Below are positions 1 through 12,365 of a DNA stretch of 64,000 nt, in pieces. Under the pieces are notes generated by a model. The model made no database searches. It had not been told where the DNA came from and saw nothing but the letters and a program-made list of their open reading frames with translations. Source of the DNA: Mobula hypostoma. Taxonomy: Eukaryota. The position numbers and the translations under genes are program-made. The DNA is taken from contig NC_086097.1 of the NCBI RefSeq assembly GCF_963921235.1, forward strand, positions 218,862,001-218,926,000, given 5' to 3'. Position 1 is the stretch's first letter. Each line of letters begins with the position of its first letter.

Positions 1-599
1 TTTTGCACCCATCGCAGTCAGAAGGGATGGAACATGACTATAATCTGAAATTTGATTTACCAGTGCAAAACATTAAAAGCTTTCAGTATATGAACTTCAT
101 TGCTCTGTTGTTTCATCATATGGCCCCGTACTTCCAAACATTTTCGCCTTTTTCAAACTCTGACTTGTTCCAGAAAAGTTAATGTCTTATTCATCTCTCT
201 CTCTCTTTCTCTTGTGTTTTATTTAACCATCCTATTCTCATTCTCTCCTTCGGGTTCTTCACCGACCACACTTCCTGTACCCGTCTTCTTTCTGCTGACC
301 TACATTGCCAGCATTGCACATGGACTTTTCTTGCCGATGGGAAAAAAAATCAATAACTATCATGTGAGGAGCTATCACCTCATTGCCAGTTATTATGTAT
401 GTGGTAGTGGGAAGCCCGGTGTCCGTGATTTACACAGACGAGAGACAGAGAGGTGGGAACAGATGGACAGCTGTTTATCTACCCAGAATGCCCTCTCACA
501 TTATATTCAGCACGCAACTCTCAAGGAAACTTGATGGCAATCTGTAAGGGTCAAAACATACATGAATACATTACACCCATTACACTACTGTCCTCTCAT

Positions 600-870
600 A
601 TTAGATTCCTTCCTCTTCAGCCACTTACCACACCCTTCCAACCTTCTTACTTCATTCCCCCTTCCCCCCACAGGTCTCACCTGCCAGCTTGTATTTCTTC
701 CTCACCTTCTTATTCTGGCTTCTGCCTCCTTCCTTTCTAGTTCTGATGGAGCATCTCGGTCTGAAACATTGACTGTTTATTCCCCTCCATAGATGCTGCC
801 CTACCTGCTGAGTACCTCCAGCATTTTGTGTGTCTTGCTCAAGGCTTCTTGCATCTGCAGACTCTCTTAT
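600..870 (+). mobile_element. Old Penelope-like 3' end with degenerate hammerhead
   Basis: Pyrimidine tract, then ctgatgga...ctgaaacattgactg (743-775), then the family tail gatgctgcc...ctgctgagtacctccagcattttgtg...gcatctgcag. Confidence 0.75.
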
Positions 871-1861
871 GTTTATGCACACATTACCAAGGCCTATTTC
901 TGATTAACGTTCTTGCTTCACCAAGAAATAATGTGAAAAATCTTTACAGCACTCTCCAGACCTGTGCCTTCATAGCCAAAATGGCTGGTCAACACAATCT
1001 GGTTATACCTCAAATTATATGGATGGAAATGAGAACTGACCTTTTCACAAATTAATGTCATTGCATGTCATTGATTATTTTATTTATTACCTCTTCGGTC
1101 TAGTTAGCTAAAATACTACTTCTGTCATCCTTCCTATTCATTTTGTCAAGGGTTCCCAAATTTTATATGTCTATTAAACCTCTCCACAGAAGTCAGTAAA
1201 CAACCACAGAAAATTCAACTTTTAAGGTCTGCATCACCGGTAGCATCTTTGTAATTTCTACTATTCTTCTTTGGTGTGATTCTTCTCTGTAATGCAGTGA
1301 CCAGTTCTGAAAAGCATACCCCACTGTGCCTATCGTTTGAAGTTCGAGGATTGCTCTGATATTTTTGTGCATGTCCTGATATTATCCTGAATGACTCAAC
1401 AATATTTTCTGATCCCACTATCAACTTGTAGCCTGAGCTCATCATTCTTATTAACCAGAACTCATATAAAGCACATTGAAACTTGTTATGGTGGTTAATA
1501 GTGTTATCCCTATCCCGCTCAGTTAGCCACCCCCATATAGAAGGAGTTCACATGCTGTACGAGCGGTGTTATCAATAAAGTTCAGTCGTATATCTTGCAT
1601 GATGCTGAGCTGGGGTCCTGGTGTGCTCTGCACTCAACCTCACTTCGAACACAACAAAACTCTCCTAATGTTTGTTCTTTAGCTTTCTTGCCTCTGCCTT
1701 CTAATCTCACCAGCAGATACCCAGCCTTCTAGTTCCAGGTTTGATGCTCTTCCACTGGAACTACGTATGTGACTGAACCCATCCTCCTCCCTACCAGAGG
1801 TAAACCAATCTCAGTAACAGCAACTGACCTCCAAGTAAGGGATGAGAATTGAAAGAGATTC

Positions 1862-1975
1862 AAACGCTGGAAATCTGACATTTAAAAAAAAAGGAAATTC
1901 TGGAGATACTCAGCAAACCTGTGGAAAAGGAAACAAAGTCAATGTCTCAGGTCCGAGAGCTTTCATCAGAACTCA
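1862..1975 (-). mobile_element. Old Penelope-like tail with degenerate hammerhead
   Basis: Minus strand reads agttCTGATGAaagctctcggacctGAGAcattgact, followed by diverged tail sequence. Confidence 0.6.
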
Positions 1976-4285
1976 TCACTGGACCATTTCAGGTCAGTAA
2001 CTTAAAAGATAGATGGAAAGCTGTAATAGTAACCTGTTGCTCTGATTTCATTTCTTGATTTTAAAAAAATGAATCCCACTTAACTTCTTCTCCTTCCAGT
2101 AATGTTGGGCTTTTCACTAACATTTACCTGCTCTGCTTCACTCTCTCCGGTCAAGTCCCGCCCCTCTCCTTTTCTCCCAGTGAACACTTTGGATTCCTCT
2201 CAAGTACAGACTTTAGCCATTGCATAAAATTTCCAGTGAAATCAGCACTGTAAGCTGCACAATCATGGCCCTAAGCAGCAAAATGGACTTTAATGCTGCT
2301 GCTTTCGATAAGGCTGCTTAGCTCTGTTGGAAGCCTCGTATTGTATTTAATGTGTGTAGGACACTACAGAAATTCCATAGGCCAACTGGGTATGCTCAAG
2401 CACCCTGCAGGCACCAACCTTTGCAAACAGCTCTAAAAGTAACTTCAGTATGTGCAAGAGCAATAGGAATAATTTTTCTGGGTCTTATAAGGAAAGGTAT
2501 CTTTGCTGCTCACTCTTATGCATTTTCTCAAGCTCTCTTGCATCTCATGTTTGTGCCTCCACTCGTGATTTAGCTACCTGTTGGTCAGATCTCTAGAGAG
2601 ATACCTCATATATACCAGCTCTTTCAGATGGGCTACTCACTGAAAATGGTGAGATGGAGGATTTTTTATAAAAGATACAGGACCTACTTGTTGGTTGATT
2701 AACAACTTGAAGGTCAAAATTACATGGAGCATGTGTCCAGATATTGCAAGTTATAGGTGAGTAAGAAGAAAGAAAAGCGGGATGGAGATGTGATCTTGTA
2801 GCAGACATCTAGATGCCCACCTCCCCCTACACAGTCATCTGCTGTTCACCACATCTTCCATTTCTCAGTGACTGAGGATCAACTATCTCTCTCAGATTGA
2901 TTGATAAAAATATTTCTAGGTGTCAATGCACAGCCCGTACTAGCTACAGTATAATGTTGGTTCAGACACCACATAATTAGATGCTGTTTGAAGATATTTG
3001 TGGATACCATGCAGAATTAAAAATAGCACGTCAGACTGGAGGACAGTAATGTAAAAGGGCAATTAGCTGCTTGCTGGGCATTAAACTGTAAGTCATTCAA
3101 ACACTTTAACAAAATGTGAGAGGAAATTGCTGAAATTAGCAGACCAGCCTAGCACAGTGCTTCTTTGGAAGCTGTGGCTGGCTTTTTATAATTTGTCGAA
3201 CTAGGCACAATTAGATGAACTTTTCCTGAACTGTACGATTATGCACGGTACAGTTATTATTACACTAACTGCTTCTGGCTTCCTCCTTCTCTTGTACTTC
3301 TCTCCTTGTAGCCTTGTCTCACTTTACTTTTGGTACGTTTTACATGAATGAATCGCTGTCCTCCTTGCCACCGTTGTTCATTAATAGACAGCAGCATCAA
3401 TTGATAATTATTATTTTAAATCAAATCATACTGTTGCATCAATGTTGGTGGGGTGATACATATGTCTCTAGGTAGCACAAACTCAGCATTTGAACAATCC
3501 AATTTGACAGGACAAATGAATTAAATCTAAATAGTGGCATGCGCTTATTAGCATCTCCCTTACTCACTCCATATCATTTTCCCTTCACTTTCACCCAGGT
3601 TTCTTATCCATCTCTCAGCTGCATTCCGTCTTCTTATGCCTTCTGGTTCGTTCTTTTACTACTTTAATATGCATGGGTCACTATTCAATGGTTTTAGAAT
3701 ATATTTATAGTTTTATATAAATACTTTAAATGACTTTACAAAATTAAAAGCAGAAAATCTTGAAACATTCAGCTGGTGGCCCGTAACTCTTGAGAGGGTA
3801 ATTTTAACATTTGAGGTTATCAACCAGAAACAGTAAACTTACCATTTCAAACAGATGGCTGACTCATCTCCCGAGTATTGCCAGATCTTAAGAATTCCAG
3901 CATTTATAGAATTCTAACATTTAAAATGTCAATTACACTGTGGACTGGTTTTAGCATTGATACAAATGAGTGCCCATTGTTTCACAAATGTTATTAAGCA
4001 GTAAACAGAAAGGAAAATTGAAACTTTTGAACTTTGTTTCCAAGTTATGCTGTTCTTCCACATACTGTGCTACAATTAGAAGTTTATCAATTTATTTTAA
4101 TCCAACATCTACTGTGCATAAAGCCAAGATGCTGCAGTACGTAATAAACATGGTGAAGAAGTTGGTAATGATCAATTTTTAATTGACACCATATTATAAT
4201 TTGTCATAGAGTTGTTAAGGCACAGGAAGAGGCCATATGGCCTATTGAATCCATGCCAACTCTCTACAGAGCAATCCATTCAGCA

Positions 4286-6908
4286 ACACTCACAACACAC
4301 TGGAGGAACTCAGCAGGCCGGGCAGCATCCGTGGAAACGATCAGTCAACGTTTTGGGCTGGAACCCTTCGTCAGGACTGAAGAGGGAAGGGACAGAGGCC
4401 CTATAAAGAAGGTGGGGGGAGGGTGGGAAGGAGAAGGCTGGTAGGTTCCAGGTGAAAAACCAGTAAGGGGAAAGATAAAGGGGTGGGGGTAGGGAGGCAG
4501 GGAGGGGATAGGCAGGAAAGGTGAAGAAGGAATAGGGGAAAACACAGTGGGTAGTAGAAGGAGGCGGAACCATGAGGGAGGTGATAGGCAGCTGGGGGAG
4601 GGGGCAGAGTGACATAGGGATAGAGGAAGGGAGGGGGAGGGAACTACTGGAAGTTGGAGAATTCAATGTTCATACCAAGGGGCTGGAGACTACCCAGACG
4701 GTATATGAGGTGTTGCTCCTCCAACCTGAATTTGGCCTCATCATGGCAGTAGAGGAGGCCACGTATGGACATATTAGTATGGGAATGGGAAGCAGAGTTG
4801 AAGTAGGTGGCTACTGGGAGATCCTATCTGTTGTGGCGGACGGAGTGGAGGTGCTCGATGAAGCGGTCCCCCAATCTGCATCGGGTTTCACCGATGTAGA
4901 GGAGGCCGCACCGGATGCAATAGATGACCCCAACAGACTCACAAGTGAAGTGTTGCCTCACCTGGAAGGACTGTTTGGGGCCCTGAATGGTGGCAAGAGA
5001 GGAGGTGTAGGGACAAATGGAGCACTTGCGCTTACAGGGATAAGTGCCGGGTGGGAGATCCGTGGGGAGGGATGTGTGGACCAGGGAGTCGTGGAGGGAC
5101 AGATCCCTGCGGAAAGCGGAGAGGGATGGAGAGGGAAAGATGTGCTTAGTGGTGGGGTCCTGTTGAAGGTGGCTGAAGTTGCGGTGGATAATGTATGGAT
5201 CCGGAGGCTGGTGGGGTGGTAGATGAGGACAAGGGGAACTCTGTCCCGGTTGCGGTGACAGGAGGATGGGATGAGGGCCTTAGTGCGGGAAATGGAAGAG
5301 GTGTGGGTGAGGGCATCAGAGATGATTGCAGAAGGGAAACCATGATCCTTAAAGAAAGAGGACATTTGAGATGTCCTGGAACGGAAAGACTCATCCTGGA
5401 AGCAAATGCGGCTGAGATGGAGGAACTGGGAATAGCTCCCCAACTTTTCCTTCACTACACTGACGAATACATTGGTGCTGCTTCCTGCACCCATGCTGAG
5501 CTCGTCAATTTCATTGACTTTACTTCAAACTTCCACCCAGCCTTCAAATTCACTTGGTCCACCTTGGACACTTTTCTCCCCTTTCTCGATGTCTCGGTCC
5601 CCATCTCTGGAGACAGACTGTCCACTGACATCTTCTACAAGCCCACTGACTCTCATAACTACCTCAACTATACCTCTTCCCACCCCGCCACATGCAAAAA
5701 TGCCATTCTCTATTCCCAGTTCCTCCGACTCCGCCACATCTGCTCCCAGGATGAGGCTTTCCGTACCAGGACATCTCAAATGTCCTCTTTCTTTAAGGAT
5801 CATGGTTTCCCTTCTGCCTTCATCTCTGATGCCCTCACCTGTACCTCCTCCATTTCCCGCACTTCGGACCACACCACATCCTCCCGTCACCACAACACGG
5901 ACAGAGTTCCCCTTGTCCTCACCTATCACCCCACCAGCCTCCGGATCCAGTACATTATCCTCCGCAACTTCCGCCACCTTCAACAGAACCACATCACTAA
6001 GCACATCTTTCCCTCACCACCCCTCTCCGCTTTCCGCTGGGATCGGTCCCTCCACAACTCCCTGATCCACACATCCCTCCCCACAGATCTCCCACCTGGC
6101 ATTTATCCCTGTAAGCGCAAGTGCTATACTTGTCCCTACACCTCCTCTCTTGCCACCATTCAGGACCCCAAACAGTCCTTCCAGGTGAGGCAACACTTCA
6201 CTTGTGAGTCTGTTGAGGTCATCTATTGCATCTGGTGCTCCCGGTGCGGCCTCCTCTACATCGGTGAAACCCGACGCAGACTGGGGGACCGCTTCGTCGA
6301 GCACCTCCGCTCCATCCGCCACAACAGACAGGATCTCTCGGTAGCCATCCACTTCAACTCTGCTTCACATTCCCATACTAATATGTCCATTTACGGCCTC
6401 CTCTACTGCCATGATGTGGCTAAACTCAGGTTGGAGGAGCGATACCTCATATACCGTCTGGGTAGTCTCCAGCCCCTTGGTATGAACATTGAATTCTCCA
6501 ACTTCCGGTACTTCCCTCCCCCCCAACTTCCCCCCTCCCAGTTTCACTCTTCCCCCTCCCCCAGCTGCCTATCACCTCCCTCATGGTTTTGTCTCCTTCT
6601 ACTGCCCATTGTGCTTTCCCCTATTCCTTGTGCACCTTTCCTGCCTATCCCCTCCCTGCTTCCCCTCCCTCACCCCTTTATCTTTCCCCTTACTGGTTTT
6701 TCACCTGCAACCTACCAGCCTCCTCCTTCCCCCCCTCCCCCCACCTTCCTTATAGGGCCTCTGTCCCTTCCCTCTTCAGTCCTGATGAAGGGCTCTGGCC
6801 CGAAACATTGACTGATCGTTTCCACGGATGCTGCCTGACCTGCTGAGTTCCTCCAGCATGTTGTGAGTGTTGCTTTGACCCCTGCATCTGCAGAGTATTT
6901 TGTGTTTA
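4286..6908. mobile_element. Penelope-like retroelement, inverted dimer of two 5'-truncated copies with 14-bp TSD
   Basis: Minus arm 4286-~5435 and plus arm ~5436-6908 are reverse-complement homologues. CAATCCATTCAGCA is duplicated at 4272-4285 and 6909-6922. Hammerhead remnants lie near both outer ends (~4342-4380 minus, ~6777-6814 plus). Confidence 0.92.
5436..6511 (+). pseudogene. Penelope-like RT C-terminus/thumb + GIY-YIG endonuclease (5'-truncated)
   Basis: LHYTDEYIG (decayed YIDD motif), FLDVSV...TDIFYKPTDSHNYL, CKRKCYTC linker, VIYCIWCSRCGLLYIGETRRRLGDRFVEH (GIY-YIG). The family stop after SNFR is mutated to TAC at 6509. Confidence 0.9.
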
Positions 6909-8039
6909 CAATCCATTCAGCAGCATTCCCCCAATCCAGACAAAATGCAACAAAACCTAGTGTCCGTTAAAGATCCAAATATACTGTGGGGAACTGGCAA
7001 GGTGTTGAATGACAAACCCAGTCAGTCATTGTTGACTTCATTGTTTCTGGGATGTGGGATTATTGAAAATGTCTGGTTTCCTTTCTTTTTTTTCTTTAAC
7101 TTGAATATTAGCAAGTATTAACACAGAAATAGATGTTAATGGAGGTAGAAAATAATTGGCCATGATATGAATTAGCTTTAACAGGTGTACATCTTCTGGA
7201 TATACACCAATTAAAGATAATCCATATTTCAAAGCTCAAGCTTGTTTCCTGTATTAACTTGCTCACAGTCACCACCATTGTTTTTCTCAAAGACTCCTCA
7301 GTTTATTATCCTGTCACTCCAGTTATCAATGTCCCTTCCCATTGCAGGTTTCCATTCAGACAAAGTGTAGGTAACGTCTGTTCATTCACTAACTTTAATA
7401 CCGCAGTTCAATCATCCAGACTACTTTCCAATGACTTACTTTTTTAAAATCCTGGTGAGATGCAGTTGCTGGTTACAGTGCAGTCTCATCTTCAATATGG
7501 AGGTTAAAATATGGAAGTAATTGCTTTGTACAAGTGCAGTCTTCGCATTATTATTCCTTGCCACTTTATATTTCTTTGTCCCACCCTTTCCTTGATCTTG
7601 AATCCACAGCCTTCATCATCATCTGTGTGCAAGCTCGTGAAGTAACACCTTGTCTTTTGAAACACAAAAAAAACACTCCTCTCTCTACAAACATTACTAT
7701 TACTCAATGTTTTCATCACTATTTTGCTGTATGTGTGAACTTGTTCTGAACATTGACTGCTACTATTCTCTCATGATAACAATGTAGAAAGTCATTAATT
7801 GGCTTGAAAGTGCTTTCTGCTGTCCCGAGGTCATTCAAAACGTAATACAAATGCAATTTTGGTTTTGGTATTTCACAGCTATTTGCCATAAAATGGATTT
7901 CAGTCAACGCAGACTCCATTTTCCTCTGGCAATTATTGATGAAGTGTAGTATGATTTGTTCTCATTCGGCTCTGGTCGCTGAAAATTGAAATTTGTCTTC
8001 GGACTGCTAATGCCATTTTCCTGGTACAAAGTCATGCTG

Positions 8040-8365
8040 CTCCAAACTATATGTGCCACAGGCCAGCCTGTAACAGAAAATGCCCTCCCCACCAGTGAGT
8101 ACATCTACAAGAGCATGGATGCAGGAAAGCAGCATCCATCATTAAGGGCTCCTGTCATCCAGGCCCTGCCGTCTTCTCACTGGAAGAGATCTCCTTCATG
8201 AAGAAGAGGATATGAGTGCCTGAGGTCCAACACCACTAGGTTCAGGAGCAGTTACTACCCTTCAACTATCAGGCTCCAGCGTTCGATAGCTTCACTCAGT
8301 TCAGCACTGAACTACTTCCACAAACTATGGAGTCACATTCAAGGACTCCACAACTAATGATCTTG

Positions 8366-8410
<45 letters not shown>

Positions 8411-8500
8411 TTTCTTTGTTCTATGGTAAATGCCTGCAAGAAAATGAATCTCAGTGTATGGTGACATTTATTGTACATAATTTAATAATACATTTACTTT
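8040..8500 (+). mobile_element. Rex1/Babar-type LINE 3' fragment containing (TA)n(CA)n microsatellite
   Basis: Homologous to the 3' parts of 14085-15110 and 50480-51380 (aggttcaggagcagttactaccct; gcctgcaagaaaatgaatctcag...aataatacatttactttga). Microsatellite at 8366-8406. Confidence 0.65.
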
Positions 8501-8681
8501 GAATTTTGAAATAAAGATGGATATTCCTGTTTTCATGTTTGATAGAGTGTTATACCCATGTGCAATAACGAAGCAGTAAAAAACATTTGATACACAAAAA
8601 AATGTTAATATTGAGGTGTGATCCACCTGTGTTGCTATCCATCTACACAAATATAACATAATGCTAACTCTTAAGGGAGTT

Positions 8682-8850
8682 TATTTTATTTTAGAGATGC
8701 AGTGGCAAAACAGGCCCTACCGGCCCACTGAGCCACGCCGCCCAGCAAACCACCGATTTAACCCTAGCCTAATCACAACCTTCTAATCTAAACCGTCCCT
8801 TTTAATCGTTACGTTTTTGGACTGTGGGAAGAAATTGGAGCAGAAGATGC
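8682..8850 (-). mobile_element. Partial V-SINE (HE1-like)
   Basis: Reverse complement matches the 3' half of the SINE at 45908-46172 (gtgattaggctagggttaaatc) and has an A-rich tail. Confidence 0.6.
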
Positions 8851-9011
8851 CAGAATTGAACTCTGACGGCCCGAGCATAAAAGCGTCGTGCTCAGCGCTA
8901 AGTTGCTCTGGCCCTGTGTATGATATATCTTCAGTGTTCTGCAACTTTAATGAAAAAAGTTCTTATATTCCATGGACTATTTTAGGAGTCAGCTCAAAAC
9001 ATGCTTAGTTG

Positions 9012-9345
9012 TGGGAAACACACGCGACTGCAAATGTTGAAACCAGGCAAAAAACACAGAATTCTGGAGCAAGTCGAGCAGCATCGGGGTGTGGAGGTGA
9101 CGGGAGACGGAATAATCAACCACCTGCTCGTCTCCCTTCCCCTCCCGATTCATTCCGTCCATCGTCTCTCACCCGTCCTCTGCCGCCTATCATCCAGCGG
9201 CCCCTGCCTCATGGCGCGTCCTCTCTTGGCACTAGTCATCTTCCCTCTCCACTCTCAGTCCTGAGGCAGGGTCTCGACAATTCCTTCCCCCTCCCCACCA
9301 CCACCAGCGATGCTATTCAACCTGCTGAGTTGTTCCAGCAGATTG
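9012..9345. mobile_element. Old inverted Penelope-like tail pair just upstream of the promoter
   Basis: Minus tail at ~9012-9110. Plus tail with cagtcctgaggcagggtctcg (9256) and gatgct...cctgctgagttgttccagca. Confidence 0.55.
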
Positions 9346-9549
9346 ATTTTTTTATTGATACTCAGTTGTTTTAAAATACATCAACCTGTTAAAACCACAC
9401 TACAGTCAACGTCAGAAATCTTCAGAGAGTCCTCTGGTTCCTCAACTTTATATTAATGTCTTAAATCATATCCACTGAAATAAATGCCCTCGATGATCTA
9501 TAGACGGGCAACGCATCGTAATTAAACTATATGATTCATTTAATTCCCT

Positions 9550-9910
9550 TTCGACCAATTTACATCAACAACTCTAAAAAGTAAGGAAGCTGCATTGGCC
9601 CGCGACCGGGGCGAGAACTGAGCAATTTGCATTGCAGTACGGAGGCGGAGCCTTGATGCTGGTGGATCTCTCCCGGTTTGGGAGGGAGGCAACGAGGAGG
9701 GGTCGGCTCTTCAAGCGCCATTGAGACAGCCGGCCGATGGACAAAGCGGGCGGCCAATGGGCGAGCCGATCCGAATTCCACACTGGAATAACCCAACGTC
9801 GCTAGGGAGCAACCTGGAGACGCAACGCTTTGTGTTGACCGGGAAACAGCGAGCAACAATTTGAGCCTGGGTGCCAGTGCAGCTCCCTCCGGCTTCCACA
9901 ACTTCAGCAC
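9550..9910 (+). promoter_or_regulatory. CpG-rich promoter region of the C8orf34-like gene
   Basis: Local CpG/GC enrichment in an otherwise CpG-depleted window. CCAAT at 9555 and 9754, ATTGG at 9594, GC-box-like GCGGGCGG at 9746-9753, X-box-like GTTGACCGGGAAAC at 9834-9847. Lies ~200-550 bp upstream of the ATG. Confidence 0.7.
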
Positions 9911-10100
9911 GGCGATGCTATCAGAAAAAGTGCATTATCGGCAAGTTACACGCGGGAAACACTAGACTTTTCATTTTTATTTATTTTTTTTAAAGAAGTT
10001 GCCGATCTCAATTATTTTCAAACAATTTTGAATGTTGTAACATCAACAAAACAATTTCCCATCTCGGTGTTTGTTGCTCGAAGACAGGAGGATATTCTTG

Positions 10101-10166
10101 ATGGCGTCTCAGCAGTCTAGAATTCAATCCTACCTGGAAAAGAACAGGATTGGCCCCCTGTTTGAG
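10101..10166 (+). CDS. C8orf34: First coding exon of C8orf34 orthologue (start of RIIa/Dpy-30-like dimerisation motif)
   Basis: Translates to MASQQSRIQSYLEKNRIGPLFE, followed by a phase-0 donor GAG|GTAATG. Matches my recollection of human C8orf34 MASHPQTRIQAYLEKNKIGPLFE(ELMTKL...). In-frame stop upstream at 10038-10040. Too short for the ORF track. Confidence 0.88.
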
Positions 10167-12278
10167 GTAATGTAAAAATAACGATAAAATATTTAACGGT
10201 GGGTGTAAAACGACAGCACACGGGGATCGGAAGAAAGTGGTCGTCGAAAACTAGAGTTAACCGTGATGTCATCAATGTATACTATGCATAAAACTATTGA
10301 GCATAACATTTCTAGTTGCTGTAGACAAGTGAATATTTATAACGCGAGACACTTGATAATCTATAATTAAGTCAGAAAAGGTCCAGTCGCTCACCGAAAG
10401 CGGCTCCAACTCCACACCACTAAATACGGTATGGGGGGGGGGGGGTAGTGGTGGTGAGGGATGCCTGTTTCAGAAATCTTACAGTGCATCTTGGTCATAG
10501 CTCTTTGCAGATTCGGCAATATTTACATGGTGTTGCCCGGAGGAAGGTGTAGTAGTCTAGTTCATTATTTCTGTCCAGCATAAGTTGCCATATAGAGCTC
10601 CTTAGGGTAGCAGAGGAAATTAAAACAAAATTACATCTTACTGCCGAGGCGTTGTAAATTGTCATTTTATCTAAGAAGCAGATACGTCAGTGCTCAGAAG
10701 AGATTCCGAAGACAATTATATACAAGAATTTTGCTTTTGTAAAGCAACGTAGAGAGCATATGAAAATAAATGCTCTCTTCGGCACTTTCACCGTGTGTTA
10801 TCATTTGCATGTCGCTGTGTTCTTAGTTTGTGTTTTGATGTTTTCGATGGTTCAGAAGCCTTCTTGGTTACTGACAGTGTAACGCCCTCGGCAGCCTACA
10901 GCAAATTCTTTTTTTTTCATAAAAGGGAAATTTCTGAAGCAAGCGGATTGTGCACCTGAGTCCAGCATAAGTGGCGAAGTCCCTTCGGCTAAAAGGGAAT
11001 CAGTTCTTTGCATGTGAGAGCGCGCAAGCGTGTTTCAGTAATAGCGATAATCAGGATTTGTGATTCATGAAACAATTCATTGATAAAGGAACACTGCCTT
11101 ATGAAATCAACATGAATATTTTAGCTACGTTTGTACATTTAGAATTGATGATGTTCAGACATATCGTTAAGCATTGGCGCGCAAATCCAACCGGTGAAAT
11201 GAGGACACCCCCTGATTCTCCTTTCCCAAACAAGAAAATAAACATTGTTAAGCATTTTTGAACGAAACCATTGTCCATTTATCTCAGTTTTTATTCGGTG
11301 GACATTCCAATTATCAGCTAATTGCAGTAAGTCGGTAGGCAATAATGCAAGAGTTAATGCTAAGTACGTGGTGTGTAATTAAACTCTATCTCAATTTTCA
11401 ATTTCCACAATTAAAATACTGAGGCTAAAATATCACATACGGAAAACAATGCAGATTTAAAAAGATTAATTTTTCATGATGGTCATGGTCTCCCTTTCTC
11501 CCCCTAGGCTTTCCGAATTGTATCTTTTTAACAGCTGCCAATAGATGTACCCGTAAATACGAGCAATTAAAATTTTTTAGTACAAGTGTCCCGCGATAAA
11601 TTTCCATCTCTTGGACCTCCAAAAGAACAGAATGGGACAATTTTGCCACTGGATCCTTTTTTTTTCATTATTCAAGGGGATGCAAGTTTAATCTGAAAAA
11701 TATGATTTATTTTGTCCACATTGTTTAATGCTTTTTGATTAAAAAATAAACTATCGATTTTCCTTTAAAGAAAAATAATTTTATTTGCAGAACTTCATGT
11801 ATGATCGTTAAGCATAAATTTGTTTCATAACTTAATTCCAGAAAGGCCGAGATTTTTTTTTACCATGTGCCCCTCTTCTATCTACTCTGAATGTATCCTG
11901 GTCATTTAAAAAAATATATTGTACTCACTTTTCCCACTCATCTCTCCCATCAATATAGAATCATAGAAATGCGTAGTCCAGAAGTGAGCCCTTGCAATCT
12001 ATGCTGGCTGTGGTGCTTATCTAGGCTAATTCCATTTGTCCATATTAGGCCAATATCCCTCAGTGCCTTTCCTATCTACATACCTGTCTTTTAAACACCT
12101 TTTAAACATTGTAATTCATCTGTCATTTCTTTCTCCATAAACTGTACCCTTCCTGCAACTTGCCATCCTGCCTATCTTTGCAAACAACAGGAATTCTGCA
12201 GATGCTGGAAATTCAAGCAACATACATCAAAGTTGCTGGTGAACGCAGCAGGCCAAGCAGCATCTATAGGAAGAGGTG

Positions 12279-12316
12279 CAGTCGACGTTTCAGGCCGAGA
12301 CCCTTCGTCAGGACTA
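12279..12316 (-). ncRNA. Minimal type I hammerhead ribozyme (intact core), antisense copy
   Basis: Exact reverse complement of 12328-12365. Confidence 0.88.
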
Positions 12317-12327
12317 ACTGCTTCAGT

Positions 12328-12365
12328 TAGTCCTGACGAAGGGTCTCGGCCTGAAACGTCGACTG
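12328..12365 (+). ncRNA. Minimal type I hammerhead ribozyme (intact core)
   Basis: Stem I TAGTC/GACTG, CTGACGA at 12333-12339, stem II AGG/CCT, GAAA at 12353-12356, loopless palindromic stem III ACGT, cleavage triplet GTC (cut predicted after 12360). Confidence 0.88.

Noticed and set aside
5195..6811. 538-aa ORF as an intact gene
   Set aside because: It is a chimera of antisense arm, truncated Penelope ORF with decayed YIDD (YTDE), and 3' UTR read-through.
9560..9910. Minus-strand 116-aa ORF over the promoter
   Set aside because: Non-ATG start, no recognisable domain; expected by chance in GC-rich DNA.
11135..11170. ttagaattgatgatg (ELMM) as C8orf34 exon 2
   Set aside because: Acceptor phase does not give GAA after AG, and the following residues do not match ELMTKLITETPDQPIPFL.
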